64,000 nt of DNA from a virus, in the IMG/VR virus record IMGVR_UViG_3300047666_001259, positions 32,001-96,000 of that record. One strand, 5' to 3'. The position numbers and the translations under genes were made by a program. Positions within the stretch are counted from its first letter, which is position 1. Every line of letters begins with the position of its first letter. This document shows, piece by piece, positions 54,938 to 64,000 of this stretch. The notes beneath the pieces are model-generated. The model ran no database searches, was not told the DNA's origin, and saw only the letters and a program-made list of their open reading frames with translations.

Positions 54938-56092
54938 ATGTGGAAATGTTTTGGTTATACGGAAAAAGTAGAAGATTTAGACTGGCAAGCAATTACCAAT
55001 AAGTTTGAATGGATTAGGGATATGATAGGTGTCCCTCAAGACCCCGTGTTCCATGCTGAAGGTGACGTTTGGACGCACACACGCATGGTTACGGAAGAAG
55101 TTATATCTCATCCAGACTTTCTAAAATTAGACTTACAAACCAGACACATCATGTTTACATCTGCTTTGTTGCATGATGTCGAAAAGAGATCAACCACTCA
55201 GGAAGAGTTTAACGAAGAGTTAGGTAGAATCCAGATCGTTGCACCATCTCATGCTAAAAAAGGTGAATACACCGCCCGTCAAGTTCTCTACCGTGATCTT
55301 GACTGCCCTTTTGATGTCAGGGAAAAGATTTGCAGAATCGTAAGATATCATGGACTCCCTATTTTCGCAATAGAAAAAGATAATCCACAAAAATCTGTTA
55401 TTCAAACTTCCCTCTACGGAATAAATCACTTATTGCGTATTTTTTCTGAATGTGATATGAGAGGAAGGGTGTGCGGTGATTTTGAGTCTCAAATGTATCG
55501 CATTGAATTGTTCGAAGAGCTTTGTAAAGAGAACAACTGTTTTGATAAACCTTATGAGTTTGAGTCAGACTTATCTAGATTTATCTTCTTCAAAAAGAGC
55601 CAATCCTCTCCAGATTATGTTCCTTTCAATAACATTGAAATGACAGTTCACTTGATGTGTGGAATACCTGCTTCGGGGAAAGACCACTTTATCAAGAATA
55701 ACCTGCCTGATCTCCCAATGATATCGCTAGATGATATCCGAGAGGAGCTTGGATTTAAAGCTGGAACAGGAACTGGTCAAGCTATTCAGGAGGCTAAAGA
55801 ACGTGCGAAGCAATACTTGAGAGTTGGTCAAGATTTTGTTTGGAACGGAACAAACATCACAAGAGAAACTAGAATGCAGTTGATTGATTTGTTTACTTCA
55901 TATAAAATACACCCCGCCAGAGTGGTGATTCAGTATGTGGAAACTGCATCAAATCAGCAGGTTGTGCAAAATAAAGACAGAAAAGCTGTTGTTCCCTCGA
56001 AAATTATTGCTAAATTTGTAAGAAATCTTGAAGTGCCTGATTTGTCAGAAGCACATCAGCTCAATTACAATTTAAACTATGGCAGTAACTAA
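54938..56092 (+). CDS. HD phosphohydrolase - P-loop kinase fusion (RNA end-healing type)
   Basis: QDPVFHAEGDVWTHT, LLHDVEK, H..KG, CGIPASGK, SLDDIR, WNGTN. Confidence 0.85.
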   Translation: MWKCFGYTEKVEDLDWQAITNKFEWIRDMIGVPQDPVFHAEGDVWTHTRMVTEEVISHPDFLKLDLQTRHIMFTSALLHDVEKRSTTQEEFNEELGRIQIVAPSHAKKGEYTARQVLYRDLDCPFDVREKICRIVRYHGLPIFAIEKDNPQKSVIQTSLYGINHLLRIFSECDMRGRVCGDFESQMYRIELFEELCKENNCFDKPYEFESDLSRFIFFKKSQSSPDYVPFNNIEMTVHLMCGIPASGKDHFIKNNLPDLPMISLDDIREELGFKAGTGTGQAIQEAKERAKQYLRVGQDFVWNGTNITRETRMQLIDLFTSYKIHPARVVIQYVETASNQQVVQNKDRKAVVPSKIIAKFVRNLEVPDLSEAHQLNYNLNYGSN

Positions 56093-56987
56093 AAAAAGAC
56101 CAGCAAGAAAACCTCGATCATTCAAGAAAACGTTTTCACCATATAAAGCCCTCAAGGTTGATGAACAACACTTAGAGCTTGAAGGTAAAATAATCCCAAT
56201 TAACGGCATCACCTTTCAACAGAGTGGAGATATCCTAAGTGAAATCCCTCACCCAAAAGCAGAAGGAGCAACTCTGACCACTCACAGCAACTCTGCTTTA
56301 GAAAGATATAGTCCCAATAACATCGATTGTGTTCAGTTTTGGCAAAATGCCACTAGAGACTTCCCAATCAATGCAATCGCAGGTAGTCAATGTATGAGTG
56401 TGAAAGACATTGATGACAACCATAAACAGTTGATTCATCACGAGTATTTCAAAAACTTTGTCGGAACTCTAAAAAAAGAAGAAAAGGTTTTAGAGATCGG
56501 AGTAGGATATGGCTCTCTTTATAAAGCTCTTCTAGCTGAAGATAGAATTAAAAAGGAAGATTGGAATTTTTTGGATGTAGTGAAGTTAATCGATTTCGAA
56601 CACCCAAACTTCTACTTAGGAAATGGATGGGACATTCCAAGAAAAAATGGAATTCCAGAAAAGTTTGATGTAGTGGTTAGTCATAACTGCTTCCAGCACT
56701 TATCTCATGACCAAAGAGTTTCTTATTTGATTGACATCTTTGATCGATTAAAGTCTGGCGGCAGACTTCATTTCAACGCATTTGTATTTGATGATCAAGA
56801 TCACTCGAACATTGAGTTCTTTACAGGAGTGAGTGAAGATGGTTATCCTTTGAGTTTTTTCTTTGGTCAATACACTAAATGCATGCCTTTCACAGATAGT
56901 TGCAAACTCCTTGCGGAGATAGGTTTTAAGGTTGTAGAATTTGACACTGACCACAACAGCGGATTCTTCCATTGTATTAAACCTTGA
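56079..56987 (+). CDS. class I SAM-dependent methyltransferase
   Basis: VLEIGVGYG, FDVVVSHNCFQHL, LKSGG. Confidence 0.85.
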   Translation: MAVTKKRPARKPRSFKKTFSPYKALKVDEQHLELEGKIIPINGITFQQSGDILSEIPHPKAEGATLTTHSNSALERYSPNNIDCVQFWQNATRDFPINAIAGSQCMSVKDIDDNHKQLIHHEYFKNFVGTLKKEEKVLEIGVGYGSLYKALLAEDRIKKEDWNFLDVVKLIDFEHPNFYLGNGWDIPRKNGIPEKFDVVVSHNCFQHLSHDQRVSYLIDIFDRLKSGGRLHFNAFVFDDQDHSNIEFFTGVSEDGYPLSFFFGQYTKCMPFTDSCKLLAEIGFKVVEFDTDHNSGFFHCIKP

Positions 56988-57153
56988 TATTTTAGAAAAA
57001 TTCTTTTATATTCCTTTATGGAAGCAAAAGTAATTTCTGAAATAAAAAAAGCTTTAAACTATTTAAAAGAGAATCAGTCGCAAATTTCAGAGGATGTTTC
57101 TGAATTTGAGGACTCGATTCTCTTTGCGTTTAAAGAATTAAAGAAAATAGAGC

Positions 57154-57603
57154 ATGAACAACCAAAACAATAGACCACTGCTGCAACAATGGGCAGGAGG
57201 GATTGATTTTAAGACGATCCTTATCATCATCTTAGGGTTGCTGGTGGCGTTTATATTTCTTTTTAATTCTGGATGGCAACAAAATACTGGTTATTCTGAT
57301 GATCAAGTTGATCAGTTAAAAGCTATCTTTGAAGAAAGAATAACTGACTTAGAAGAAGAAAACAGTCAACTAACCGATTCTATAGTAGTGTACACCGAAG
57401 TTGCCAGACAACTCAGAGAATCTATTACTGATAGAGAAGGCGTAATAGATGGGCTTCAGGAAATAATCGATAAAGAGCAAAAGAAGATTGATGATCTACT
57501 TGCACAAAGAGAAGAGATAAGAGAAGAAATAAAGAGCTTGGACGATAAAGGGTTGGAAGATTGGTGGATAGAATATTTCAAGAGTAAAGAAGAAAAAGAA
57601 TGA
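57154..57603 (+). CDS. N-terminally anchored coiled-coil membrane protein (spanin-like?)
   Basis: One TM followed by long heptads. Confidence 0.55.
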   Translation: MNNQNNRPLLQQWAGGIDFKTILIIILGLLVAFIFLFNSGWQQNTGYSDDQVDQLKAIFEERITDLEEENSQLTDSIVVYTEVARQLRESITDREGVIDGLQEIIDKEQKKIDDLLAQREEIREEIKSLDDKGLEDWWIEYFKSKEEKE

Positions 57604-58262
57604 AGAGACTAATACTAATATCATCTTTGTTGTTTCTATTTTTAGGAACAGGATTCTCTCAGCATAGCTCAGACTTTCTAGCAGAAAGAATTGGCTTTGC
57701 CGAGCAAGATTCCGTTGATAGAATTACGAGACAAGCGACTGTGGTTTACAGTTCAACTAAAGATACAATAGACTTTCCAGATCAAGTAAACGAGTTTCCT
57801 CCGATAGAGGCAGAGACTGATTCGACTGGATATGTTTTTTTTAATTTTAACAAACCTTATCCGTACTTCAAGTATATTAACGGAACCAATGTTCTTTTGA
57901 TGACTTCTATACAAAGTAGACAAATAGCTAGTGATATCTCAGATTATTCAATTATGGATTCAATCATTGTTTCATATGAATTTAAAAATGCTCACTACCT
58001 TAATTTGATTGAACAAAAAGATTTCACTATCCTTGATTTAGAAGGAATAATCACACAAAAAAATAGTACAATAGATGCTCACGACTCTATGTTGGCTAAC
58101 AAAGACGCTATCATAGATGAAAAAGATACAGAGATCAGATTACTAAATGATGACATAGAACTCAAGAACAAAGCTCTTAAGAAGCAAAAATGGCTTATTG
58201 GTGGAAGTTTAGGAATAGCTATTGCTGTACCTGTAGCTGTCTTGATTTTTGGAAACAAATAA
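57600..58262 (+). CDS. signal peptide + coiled-coil + C-terminal TM protein
   Basis: MKRLILISSLLFLFLG; C-terminal WLIGGSLGIAIAVPVAVLIFG. Confidence 0.6.
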   Translation: MKRLILISSLLFLFLGTGFSQHSSDFLAERIGFAEQDSVDRITRQATVVYSSTKDTIDFPDQVNEFPPIEAETDSTGYVFFNFNKPYPYFKYINGTNVLLMTSIQSRQIASDISDYSIMDSIIVSYEFKNAHYLNLIEQKDFTILDLEGIITQKNSTIDAHDSMLANKDAIIDEKDTEIRLLNDDIELKNKALKKQKWLIGGSLGIAIAVPVAVLIFGNK

Positions 58263-58268
58263 AAAATA

Positions 58269-58829
58269 ATGGAAGAAAACAATAACATAGAAACTCAATC
58301 GGAAGAAAATAATCTTCTATCTGAGACTCAGGCGCAAAAAAACAACCAGTTGGTTACGCAGTTAAAAGATGCCTTGTTAATTAATCAAGTTTTAGCCTCA
58401 TCGGTTGAAATTCTTGGTGAAGCTCATTTGACAAAAAATGAGAAATACGAAATGATTAGAAACCTGAATGAAGCCTCAACAATTAGTGAGGTTCAAACTC
58501 GTGCCAATATCATTAGAGAACAATTTGGAATTCAATCTCAGTCTCAAAACTTTAGAGATATTCAAGAGGACGATAGCTTTTGGTCATCTAGCTTTAGAAA
58601 TGAGCTAGACAATTACTATGATCTTCATAAAGGGGTTAATGTAAAAATGACTCTAGCAGAAAGTTTGATTGAAGTTGAAAAATACTTCAAACTTCTTACG
58701 GAGTACGGTAAATCTAACGAGACCAATGTTCAAAGCATTACTGATAGAATTCTTGAACAAGAACCTAAAGCTAGAACTGGACTCGAAAGACTTAAAGGGC
58801 TAAACGTCTCGATTAACACCATTCAATAA
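58269..58829 (+). CDS. hypothetical protein
   Basis: ORF track. Confidence 0.6.
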   Translation: MEENNNIETQSEENNLLSETQAQKNNQLVTQLKDALLINQVLASSVEILGEAHLTKNEKYEMIRNLNEASTISEVQTRANIIREQFGIQSQSQNFRDIQEDDSFWSSSFRNELDNYYDLHKGVNVKMTLAESLIEVEKYFKLLTEYGKSNETNVQSITDRILEQEPKARTGLERLKGLNVSINTIQ

Positions 58830-59940
58830 AAGAGAAAGCATAATCGTGCTTTTCATCTTTTTCATGTTTTATTGGATCACCTGCTTTCAGCTTGAATTTA
58901 TTCAGGTCTGGAAAAAAACTGTCTGCCTCAAATTCTCCTTCTACTTGAGTTTTATAAACTTTACTGATCAATCCCTTATCTAGGAATTCTGAGTATATTT
59001 GAGAGCCACCACAGACCATAATCTCGTTCTGATCATTGTTCTCTGTCCAGTCAATCGATTTAGCTACTGCTTCTTCAATCGTGTGAACTACAGTTACGTT
59101 GTCCTTAGAACCTTTGTACATCCCACTTTTATCAAGGGCATCAATAGCTACTTGGTAATTTAGGTCTCTAGTAACAACAAAAATGTGTCTCTTTGGTAAA
59201 TCGAGTCTCCCAAGAGATTCATAGGTCTTTCTTCCCATAACCAAAGCCTTCCCTATAGTGTTATCTTGGAAATACTTGAAATCATCAGGAAGATGCCATA
59301 AAAGCTTGTTGTCGCTACCAATCTCGTTATTCATCCCAGTAGCCACAATTGCAGAGAAGTTCGGCTCAAAGCCCATTGCTTTACGCACACGAGCATACTG
59401 CTGCTCAATTGTGCCTGAAGCATCAATCTCAATAACTTTTCCTTTTCCAGCAAAATAATCCAGAATAGGTTTTGTTTCGTCTTCGTATTTTTTAAGTCTT
59501 CTTTTGAAGGTATCTTCCGTATCGTCCTCACGACCTAGCTCTTTAGCTCTGATGTTCATTCTCTCAATGAGAGTAACGTTATCAGTTTTGAAGTGAACAA
59601 GAGCTTCGAATGGCTCTCTACGGTTAAACATATATGAAGCAATATCTTTTGCTTGAGCAATAGTTCTAGGGTAGCCATCTAAAAGAAACCCTGCATCTAC
59701 GTGTGGGTATTCCATAATGAAATGATTCTTCACCATTTCGCTTATAATTTTGTCTGGCAGAAAAGTTCCTTTGTCTACTCCAATCAATTTAGCGTACTCG
59801 CCAATTTTAGTTCCCCTCTCCATTTCCTTTCGGATCATATCTCCAGTAGATAAGTGTTTGAAATTTTGTCTCTCCGCAAGTAGGTTGCAAATTGTTCCTT
59901 TTCCTGTGCAAGGAGCGCCAAAAATTAAGTAATTCTTCAT
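58813..59940 (-). CDS. adk-folA: adenylate kinase - dihydrofolate reductase fusion
   Basis: GAPCTGKGT, HLSTGDMIR, FLLDGYPRT, R.DD; then AIVA....NEIG..NKLLWHLPDD.KYF, MGRKTYESL, GGSQIY, DSFFP. Confidence 0.92.
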   Translation of the reverse strand: MKNYLIFGAPCTGKGTICNLLAERQNFKHLSTGDMIRKEMERGTKIGEYAKLIGVDKGTFLPDKIISEMVKNHFIMEYPHVDAGFLLDGYPRTIAQAKDIASYMFNRREPFEALVHFKTDNVTLIERMNIRAKELGREDDTEDTFKRRLKKYEDETKPILDYFAGKGKVIEIDASGTIEQQYARVRKAMGFEPNFSAIVATGMNNEIGSDNKLLWHLPDDFKYFQDNTIGKALVMGRKTYESLGRLDLPKRHIFVVTRDLNYQVAIDALDKSGMYKGSKDNVTVVHTIEEAVAKSIDWTENNDQNEIMVCGGSQIYSEFLDKGLISKVYKTQVEGEFEADSFFPDLNKFKLKAGDPIKHEKDEKHDYAFSFIEWC

Positions 59941-59992
59941 TATCGAATGTTTGTTTTAGCAAATATAGACATAAAGTTGTATATTCGCAAAT

Positions 59993-60178
59993 ATGGAAAA
60001 GATAGAGGACATAGTTATCGGTCAAGCAATGGGCGATATATTCGATTATTTAAGAAAAAAACACCCTGATAAAGATGTGTTCGAATTCAAGATTGGAAGA
60101 GTAAGAGGTCATGCAGAAAATTCGCTAGACTTAACGATTACAGACTTCGATTATAAAAATATAGACGAGGGTTGTTGA
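59993..60178 (+). CDS. hypothetical protein
   Basis: ORF track. Confidence 0.55.
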   Translation: MEKIEDIVIGQAMGDIFDYLRKKHPDKDVFEFKIGRVRGHAENSLDLTITDFDYKNIDEGC

Positions 60179-60201
60179 AACAAGTTTCTTTTTTTTACGT
60201 T
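60177..60201 (+). promoter_or_regulatory. ECF-sigma-like promoter
   Basis: GAAAC-N16-CGTT just upstream of ATG 60211. Confidence 0.55.
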
Positions 60202-60210
60202 TAACTTAAT

Positions 60211-60915
60211 ATGTACAAGAAAAAACAGAGCGTTAAGAAGACTTACTCCAATTACACTATCGAGTGTACTTACGAGAGATTTAACGGAACGTATATCAAC
60301 CAATACCACATCACTTACTCTGGAGTTCATCTTCCGAGAGAAACAAAACTTAAAGAAGAGTTTCTTTATTTAGAAGAGTCATGGTGGAACATTCCAGACA
60401 ATACCAGAGATACTCAAAAACAAAAAGTATATGATGCCGAAAAAGTAGCTTGGGCAAAAATAGGGAAGACAAAATTTAAAGATCACATGCAAGCCTCTAG
60501 GTTTATTGCAAAGGTGATCTCAAATAAATGGTTTGTTGACAATTTTCATATTCGAAAGATGTCAATGAGACACGATCACAGAAACCACGTTTCAGCCAGA
60601 GGTGGAGGTAAATACAATTGGCACTCTAGAGATGGGAAGATCATTATTCCTGACTGGGCATTATCAGATTATGTTATTCTACATGAGATTGCTCATTGTT
60701 GCCAGCAGTTTAGACCCGGGCATGGGAGAAACTTCTGCTTCATATACCTTCAGCTAGTAAGAAAGTTTGTCGGCAAAGAAGCAGCCGAAGAACTTGAGCT
60801 TCAATTCAAAAAGAACGGAGTACAATATTGGATTTACGGTACAAGAGAACCGCACATTCAAGAAAATTTAGAAACACTCATGAACAAAAGAAATGAAAGC
60901 TACTGTCCTTTTTAA
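60211..60915 (+). CDS. HExxH zinc metallopeptidase-like protein
   Basis: YVILHEIAH....PGHGRNF. Confidence 0.75.
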   Translation: MYKKKQSVKKTYSNYTIECTYERFNGTYINQYHITYSGVHLPRETKLKEEFLYLEESWWNIPDNTRDTQKQKVYDAEKVAWAKIGKTKFKDHMQASRFIAKVISNKWFVDNFHIRKMSMRHDHRNHVSARGGGKYNWHSRDGKIIIPDWALSDYVILHEIAHCCQQFRPGHGRNFCFIYLQLVRKFVGKEAAEELELQFKKNGVQYWIYGTREPHIQENLETLMNKRNESYCPF

Positions 60916-61634
60916 AGTTCGTGAGGCATTATCTTTCTGATCCTGAAAGTTAAATCCCAATAAGGATTGAGGTCTTCAGTCTTATATTGCTTGTTCAGTC
61001 TTTCTAATTGAATAAAGACCACTTTACTGAGTACTTCAACCCCAGAAGATGAGGTAAAGACTATAACCACTTTCTTTTCATCAAAACCATCACCAATTCT
61101 TTCAAATGATCTCTTAATAAAGTGATTCATTTTAGTGTGAGCGCCCATCTCTTCTTCATTGATATTAATGATTTTTAATTTTTTATCAAACAGCTGATCG
61201 AAGTTCTTCTCATTGAACTTTCCAGCAATCGCTTCATCTTGATAAAGCATTGATCCCTTTATTCCGAATATTTTCTCTTCCTCTGGAAAGTGAATGTAGA
61301 CCGTCTCGACTGAATCTTTCTTATAGACATCAAAACCCAATGCTTTAAGCTTGTCGATCATATCGGAAGCCTCACTTACCTCGAAGTCACTAATTTTGGA
61401 CTCTATCTCAAAAAGACTGCTCTTTAGTTTCTTTAAACCCTCTTTCCCTTCCTGAAGGTTTTCCTTCATTATTTCAATATCAGTCTCATAACAAGAGATT
61501 TCGTGTTCTTCTCTTTGAATTTTTTTAACCAATTCATCTTTCTCTATTCTTAGATTAAAAAGATTTGGAGACTGCAACTCCTCTTTTACTACTGTTTCGT
61601 TTGTGAAATTACAAACTGTATATCCTGTACCCAT
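60912..61634 (-). CDS. coiled-coil hypothetical protein
   Basis: ORF track. Confidence 0.6.
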   Translation of the reverse strand: MGTGYTVCNFTNETVVKEELQSPNLFNLRIEKDELVKKIQREEHEISCYETDIEIMKENLQEGKEGLKKLKSSLFEIESKISDFEVSEASDMIDKLKALGFDVYKKDSVETVYIHFPEEEKIFGIKGSMLYQDEAIAGKFNEKNFDQLFDKKLKIININEEEMGAHTKMNHFIKRSFERIGDGFDEKKVVIVFTSSSGVEVLSKVVFIQLERLNKQYKTEDLNPYWDLTFRIRKIMPHEL

Positions 61635-61848
61635 TACTATGTGTTTTATACAATATATGAATAAATTAATTGAAATTCAAGAAAAAAAAGTTGTCAACAA
61701 ATATATAATGAATCTATAGAAACACAAGTCTAACGGCAATGAAACCTCGATAAAAACTCCTCCCTATTATATTGATCTTTTTCTTTATATTGCTATTTTA
61801 CCAAACAACAAATAAGAAGCTATTTATTTTCAAAGAACATAAATTGTT

Positions 61849-62733
61849 ATGAGAAAACTACTTACTATCCACTTAGTCTGCTGCGCTCTTTTATTCTCAG
61901 TCTTTATAAGCTGTAAAAAAGAGGTCATCGAACCAGACGCTCCACAAATAGAAAATGTTATAAGAACAACTGAGATGCCTACTCAAGAAGAGTTTGACAA
62001 AAAAGTTGATTGTGTATACCAGATGTTACAAAACACTGGTAACGAAGAAATAATGGCTATTGAGTATCAAGTAGTTCATAATACAATGAAAGAAGCATAT
62101 AAGAATAAAAGAAAGGTATGTTATGACACAATAGACCTTCTTGGTTTGCTTGCGGAATACGGAATAACTACTCCAGATTATATTCCTGTTTGGAACAGCC
62201 ACTTTCAAGATGCAAATTGCACTGTTGCACAATGGCAATATTTCGCTAAAGAAAGAGGAGAAGATGGAACGGCAGAGAATACAGACTTAATTCCTGATCA
62301 AGTTATATGGACTGTTTCTGGAACTGATGTTGATGCTACCGCTACAGAAGGAACTTTGAAATTTGTTACATATACCACTAATTTAGAAGGAGATACTATT
62401 CCTAACACAAATTGCCCGGGTACGTTTCAACCACCCTGTAATGGCGCTCATCCAGTAGATGTTACAGCTACAGTGGGGATCGCTGTATATCAGAGGTCTA
62501 ATATTAGCTACGGACATGTAAATAACGTTCCTGTTGGAATAGCCCCACCTTGTACTGAGTATTCAAGTGCTGATATCACGAATTCTTCAACATTCGACTT
62601 TGACTGTTTTTGTCCAATCGTATTTGATGAGTTTGAGTTCTTAATCGATGATGGTCTAGTGTGGGATTTGAATGGGGATCATTCTGTTAATTCAGCTGAT
62701 CTTCTAATTTTATTGGCAGCTTACGGTTGTTAA
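61849..62733 (+). CDS. lipoprotein with dockerin-like Ca-binding motifs
   Basis: Lipobox FISC-KKE; C-terminal DLNGDHSVNSADLLILLAAYG; internal DTIDLLGLLAEYG. Confidence 0.7.
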   Translation: MRKLLTIHLVCCALLFSVFISCKKEVIEPDAPQIENVIRTTEMPTQEEFDKKVDCVYQMLQNTGNEEIMAIEYQVVHNTMKEAYKNKRKVCYDTIDLLGLLAEYGITTPDYIPVWNSHFQDANCTVAQWQYFAKERGEDGTAENTDLIPDQVIWTVSGTDVDATATEGTLKFVTYTTNLEGDTIPNTNCPGTFQPPCNGAHPVDVTATVGIAVYQRSNISYGHVNNVPVGIAPPCTEYSSADITNSSTFDFDCFCPIVFDEFEFLIDDGLVWDLNGDHSVNSADLLILLAAYGC

Positions 62734-63104
62734 TCCTCTTCTTTTACTAAAACAAATTCTGGACTCACACTATAGATGAGATTTTTATATTGAAAATCTT
62801 TCGTAAGGTACACATGAATAGAGTCGCCTTCTTGGATACAACCCCAAGAATGAAGGTAACTGTCTTGAGTAATGTGGTGTCTGTAATTTTCATACTCCAA
62901 AAACAAATCATCCCTACCATTACGTTCATTTTTTTGAACACAAATAGTTGCAGCTAAGACTTTTTCATCTCCTCTCGGATCGCATTTGGTTAGAATGACC
63001 GCAAATATCCCAAAGAACATAACAGTCCAAAGGAAACCTCGGATTCTCAAGCCCATTAGAAGGACTAGAAATAATAGCAAGAAAAATAAAGTAGTTACAC
63101 TCAT
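62730..63104 (-). CDS. membrane protein
   Basis: Two N-terminal TM segments. Confidence 0.6.
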   Translation of the reverse strand: MSVTTLFFLLLFLVLLMGLRIRGFLWTVMFFGIFAVILTKCDPRGDEKVLAATICVQKNERNGRDDLFLEYENYRHHITQDSYLHSWGCIQEGDSIHVYLTKDFQYKNLIYSVSPEFVLVKEED

Positions 63105-63123
63105 AAAGTGTTAACGAAAAAAA

Positions 63124-63717
63124 TTAATCATTGTTACCATCGTAACCTCTTAATTTTCTCATCTTAAGATAGAATGGAGAAGTTTTCTTAGCAATACTAA
63201 GTTTCTCCTCGTCATTTGCATCATAGAACTCTAAGCTATTAAAGTTGGAGTCTGGCGCTTTAGAATAAATTATATTACTTAGAAAGTTCTTGTCGGTACT
63301 AGTCTGAAAGTCACTCCATTCTGGATTCTCTTTCTTTTTAATATCGTCTCGTTTAAAAAACTTACTCCAAACACCATATGCTTCATCAGTAGTGTTCCCA
63401 GTTCGATCAGGCATTAACCCTTTAGGGAAAACGTCCATCATTGCAATCTCGTACATTGATGCTCCGAAGTTAGGAGAAGCTGCCACACCTGTTACTTCGT
63501 AGTCTCCAGAATTAGTTTGAAAAATCTCTATGTTTCCAACAACTTTATCTGTTACAAAATCAAACAGATTATAAGAGGTGCGTCCACCAGACTTTTCTAC
63601 TACAACTTTCATTGATTCGGCAAATTCGCCTATACCAATTCTAGCTTCAGGTAGAACTTCTTGTTCGCATTTGCAAATATGCTCTTGAATTTTGTTTCTT
63701 ATCTTGTCTCTTAGCAT
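63124..63717 (-). CDS. hypothetical protein, possible GNAT-like fold
   Basis: VTGVAASPNFGASMYE...TTDEAYGVWSKF. Confidence 0.45.
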   Translation of the reverse strand: MLRDKIRNKIQEHICKCEQEVLPEARIGIGEFAESMKVVVEKSGGRTSYNLFDFVTDKVVGNIEIFQTNSGDYEVTGVAASPNFGASMYEIAMMDVFPKGLMPDRTGNTTDEAYGVWSKFFKRDDIKKKENPEWSDFQTSTDKNFLSNIIYSKAPDSNFNSLEFYDANDEEKLSIAKKTSPFYLKMRKLRGYDGNND

Positions 63718-63744
63718 TGTAATAACTTTCTTTCTCTAAATAGT

Positions 63745-63769
63745 GAAACATTTATGTATTTTTTACGTT
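63745..63769 (+). promoter_or_regulatory. ECF-sigma-like promoter
   Basis: GAAAC-N16-CGTT upstream of ATG 63779. Confidence 0.55.
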
Positions 63770-63778
63770 ACACAAATT

Positions 63779-64000
63779 ATGGAACAAGATACATTTACAG
63801 AGATTGAAGAGAAATATATCAACCGACCATTTGAAGAAGAGCATATGTCTTTTGAAGATTTTCAAAAAATAGACGATATTCGAGAGAAAACAAAGGTTAG
63901 TAACAAAACTCACAAAGAAAGACTTGAAAGAGCAAACTCTTTCCGAGAGCTTCAGAAAGGTGACCGTGTTTACTTCACTTATAAGTATGAAAATAAGTCC
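63779..64000 (+). CDS. hypothetical protein, truncated by the window end
   Basis: Open frame from ATG 63779 to the edge. Confidence 0.55.
   Translation, partial: MEQDTFTEIEEKYINRPFEEEHMSFEDFQKIDDIREKTKVSNKTHKERLERANSFRELQKGDRVYFTYKYENKS

Noticed and set aside
3139-62238. Many 60-120 aa ORFs antisense to or nested in long genes (e.g. 3139, 4144, 14588, 24434, 37177, 40110, 59258, 62026)
   Set aside because: Shadow frames of well-supported genes with no leaders or motifs
1-64000. Stop-codon reassignment as in some Bacteroidota phages
   Set aside because: Long genes are intact under code 11, and TAA, TAG and TGA all occur at plausible gene ends
1-64000. Integrase or transposase for the cassette arrays
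   Set aside because: No ORF with recognisable tyrosine-recombinase (R..H-x-x-R..Y), serine-recombinase, HUH or DDE motifs was found in this window

Overview
64 kb of a large, AT-rich, myovirus-like (probably jumbo) phage genome whose host is likely a Bacteroidota (TAnnTTTG promoter boxes, A-rich leaders, Bacteroidota-like PncB and HD-kinase). The backbone holds a virion/baseplate block (gp6/J-, gp25- and gp5-like genes, large Calx-beta-like proteins), a duplicated late-sigma-like gene and two glycosyltransferases. It also has a nucleotide/DNA-modification cluster (MazG-like, thyA, TET-associated-type glycosyltransferase, dNMP kinase-HAD), a Preiss-Handler NAD module (pncB, nadD, nadE), a CCA-type nucleotidyltransferase and an Adk-DHFR fusion. 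The most striking feature is two arrays of short ORFs (about 381-2685 and 48156-52197) punctuated by attC-like hairpins (AAC...GTT cores). The bases after each GTT are the reverse complement of the bases before the NEXT AAC, the footprint expected of integrated circular gene cassettes. Unlike classical integron cassettes, the coding strand is the better-folding strand and ORFs often start in, or lie entirely inside, the hairpin loop. Both arrays end in a covarying terminal element, and no integrase is visible in the window. All functional calls come from motif recognition by eye; no searches were run.
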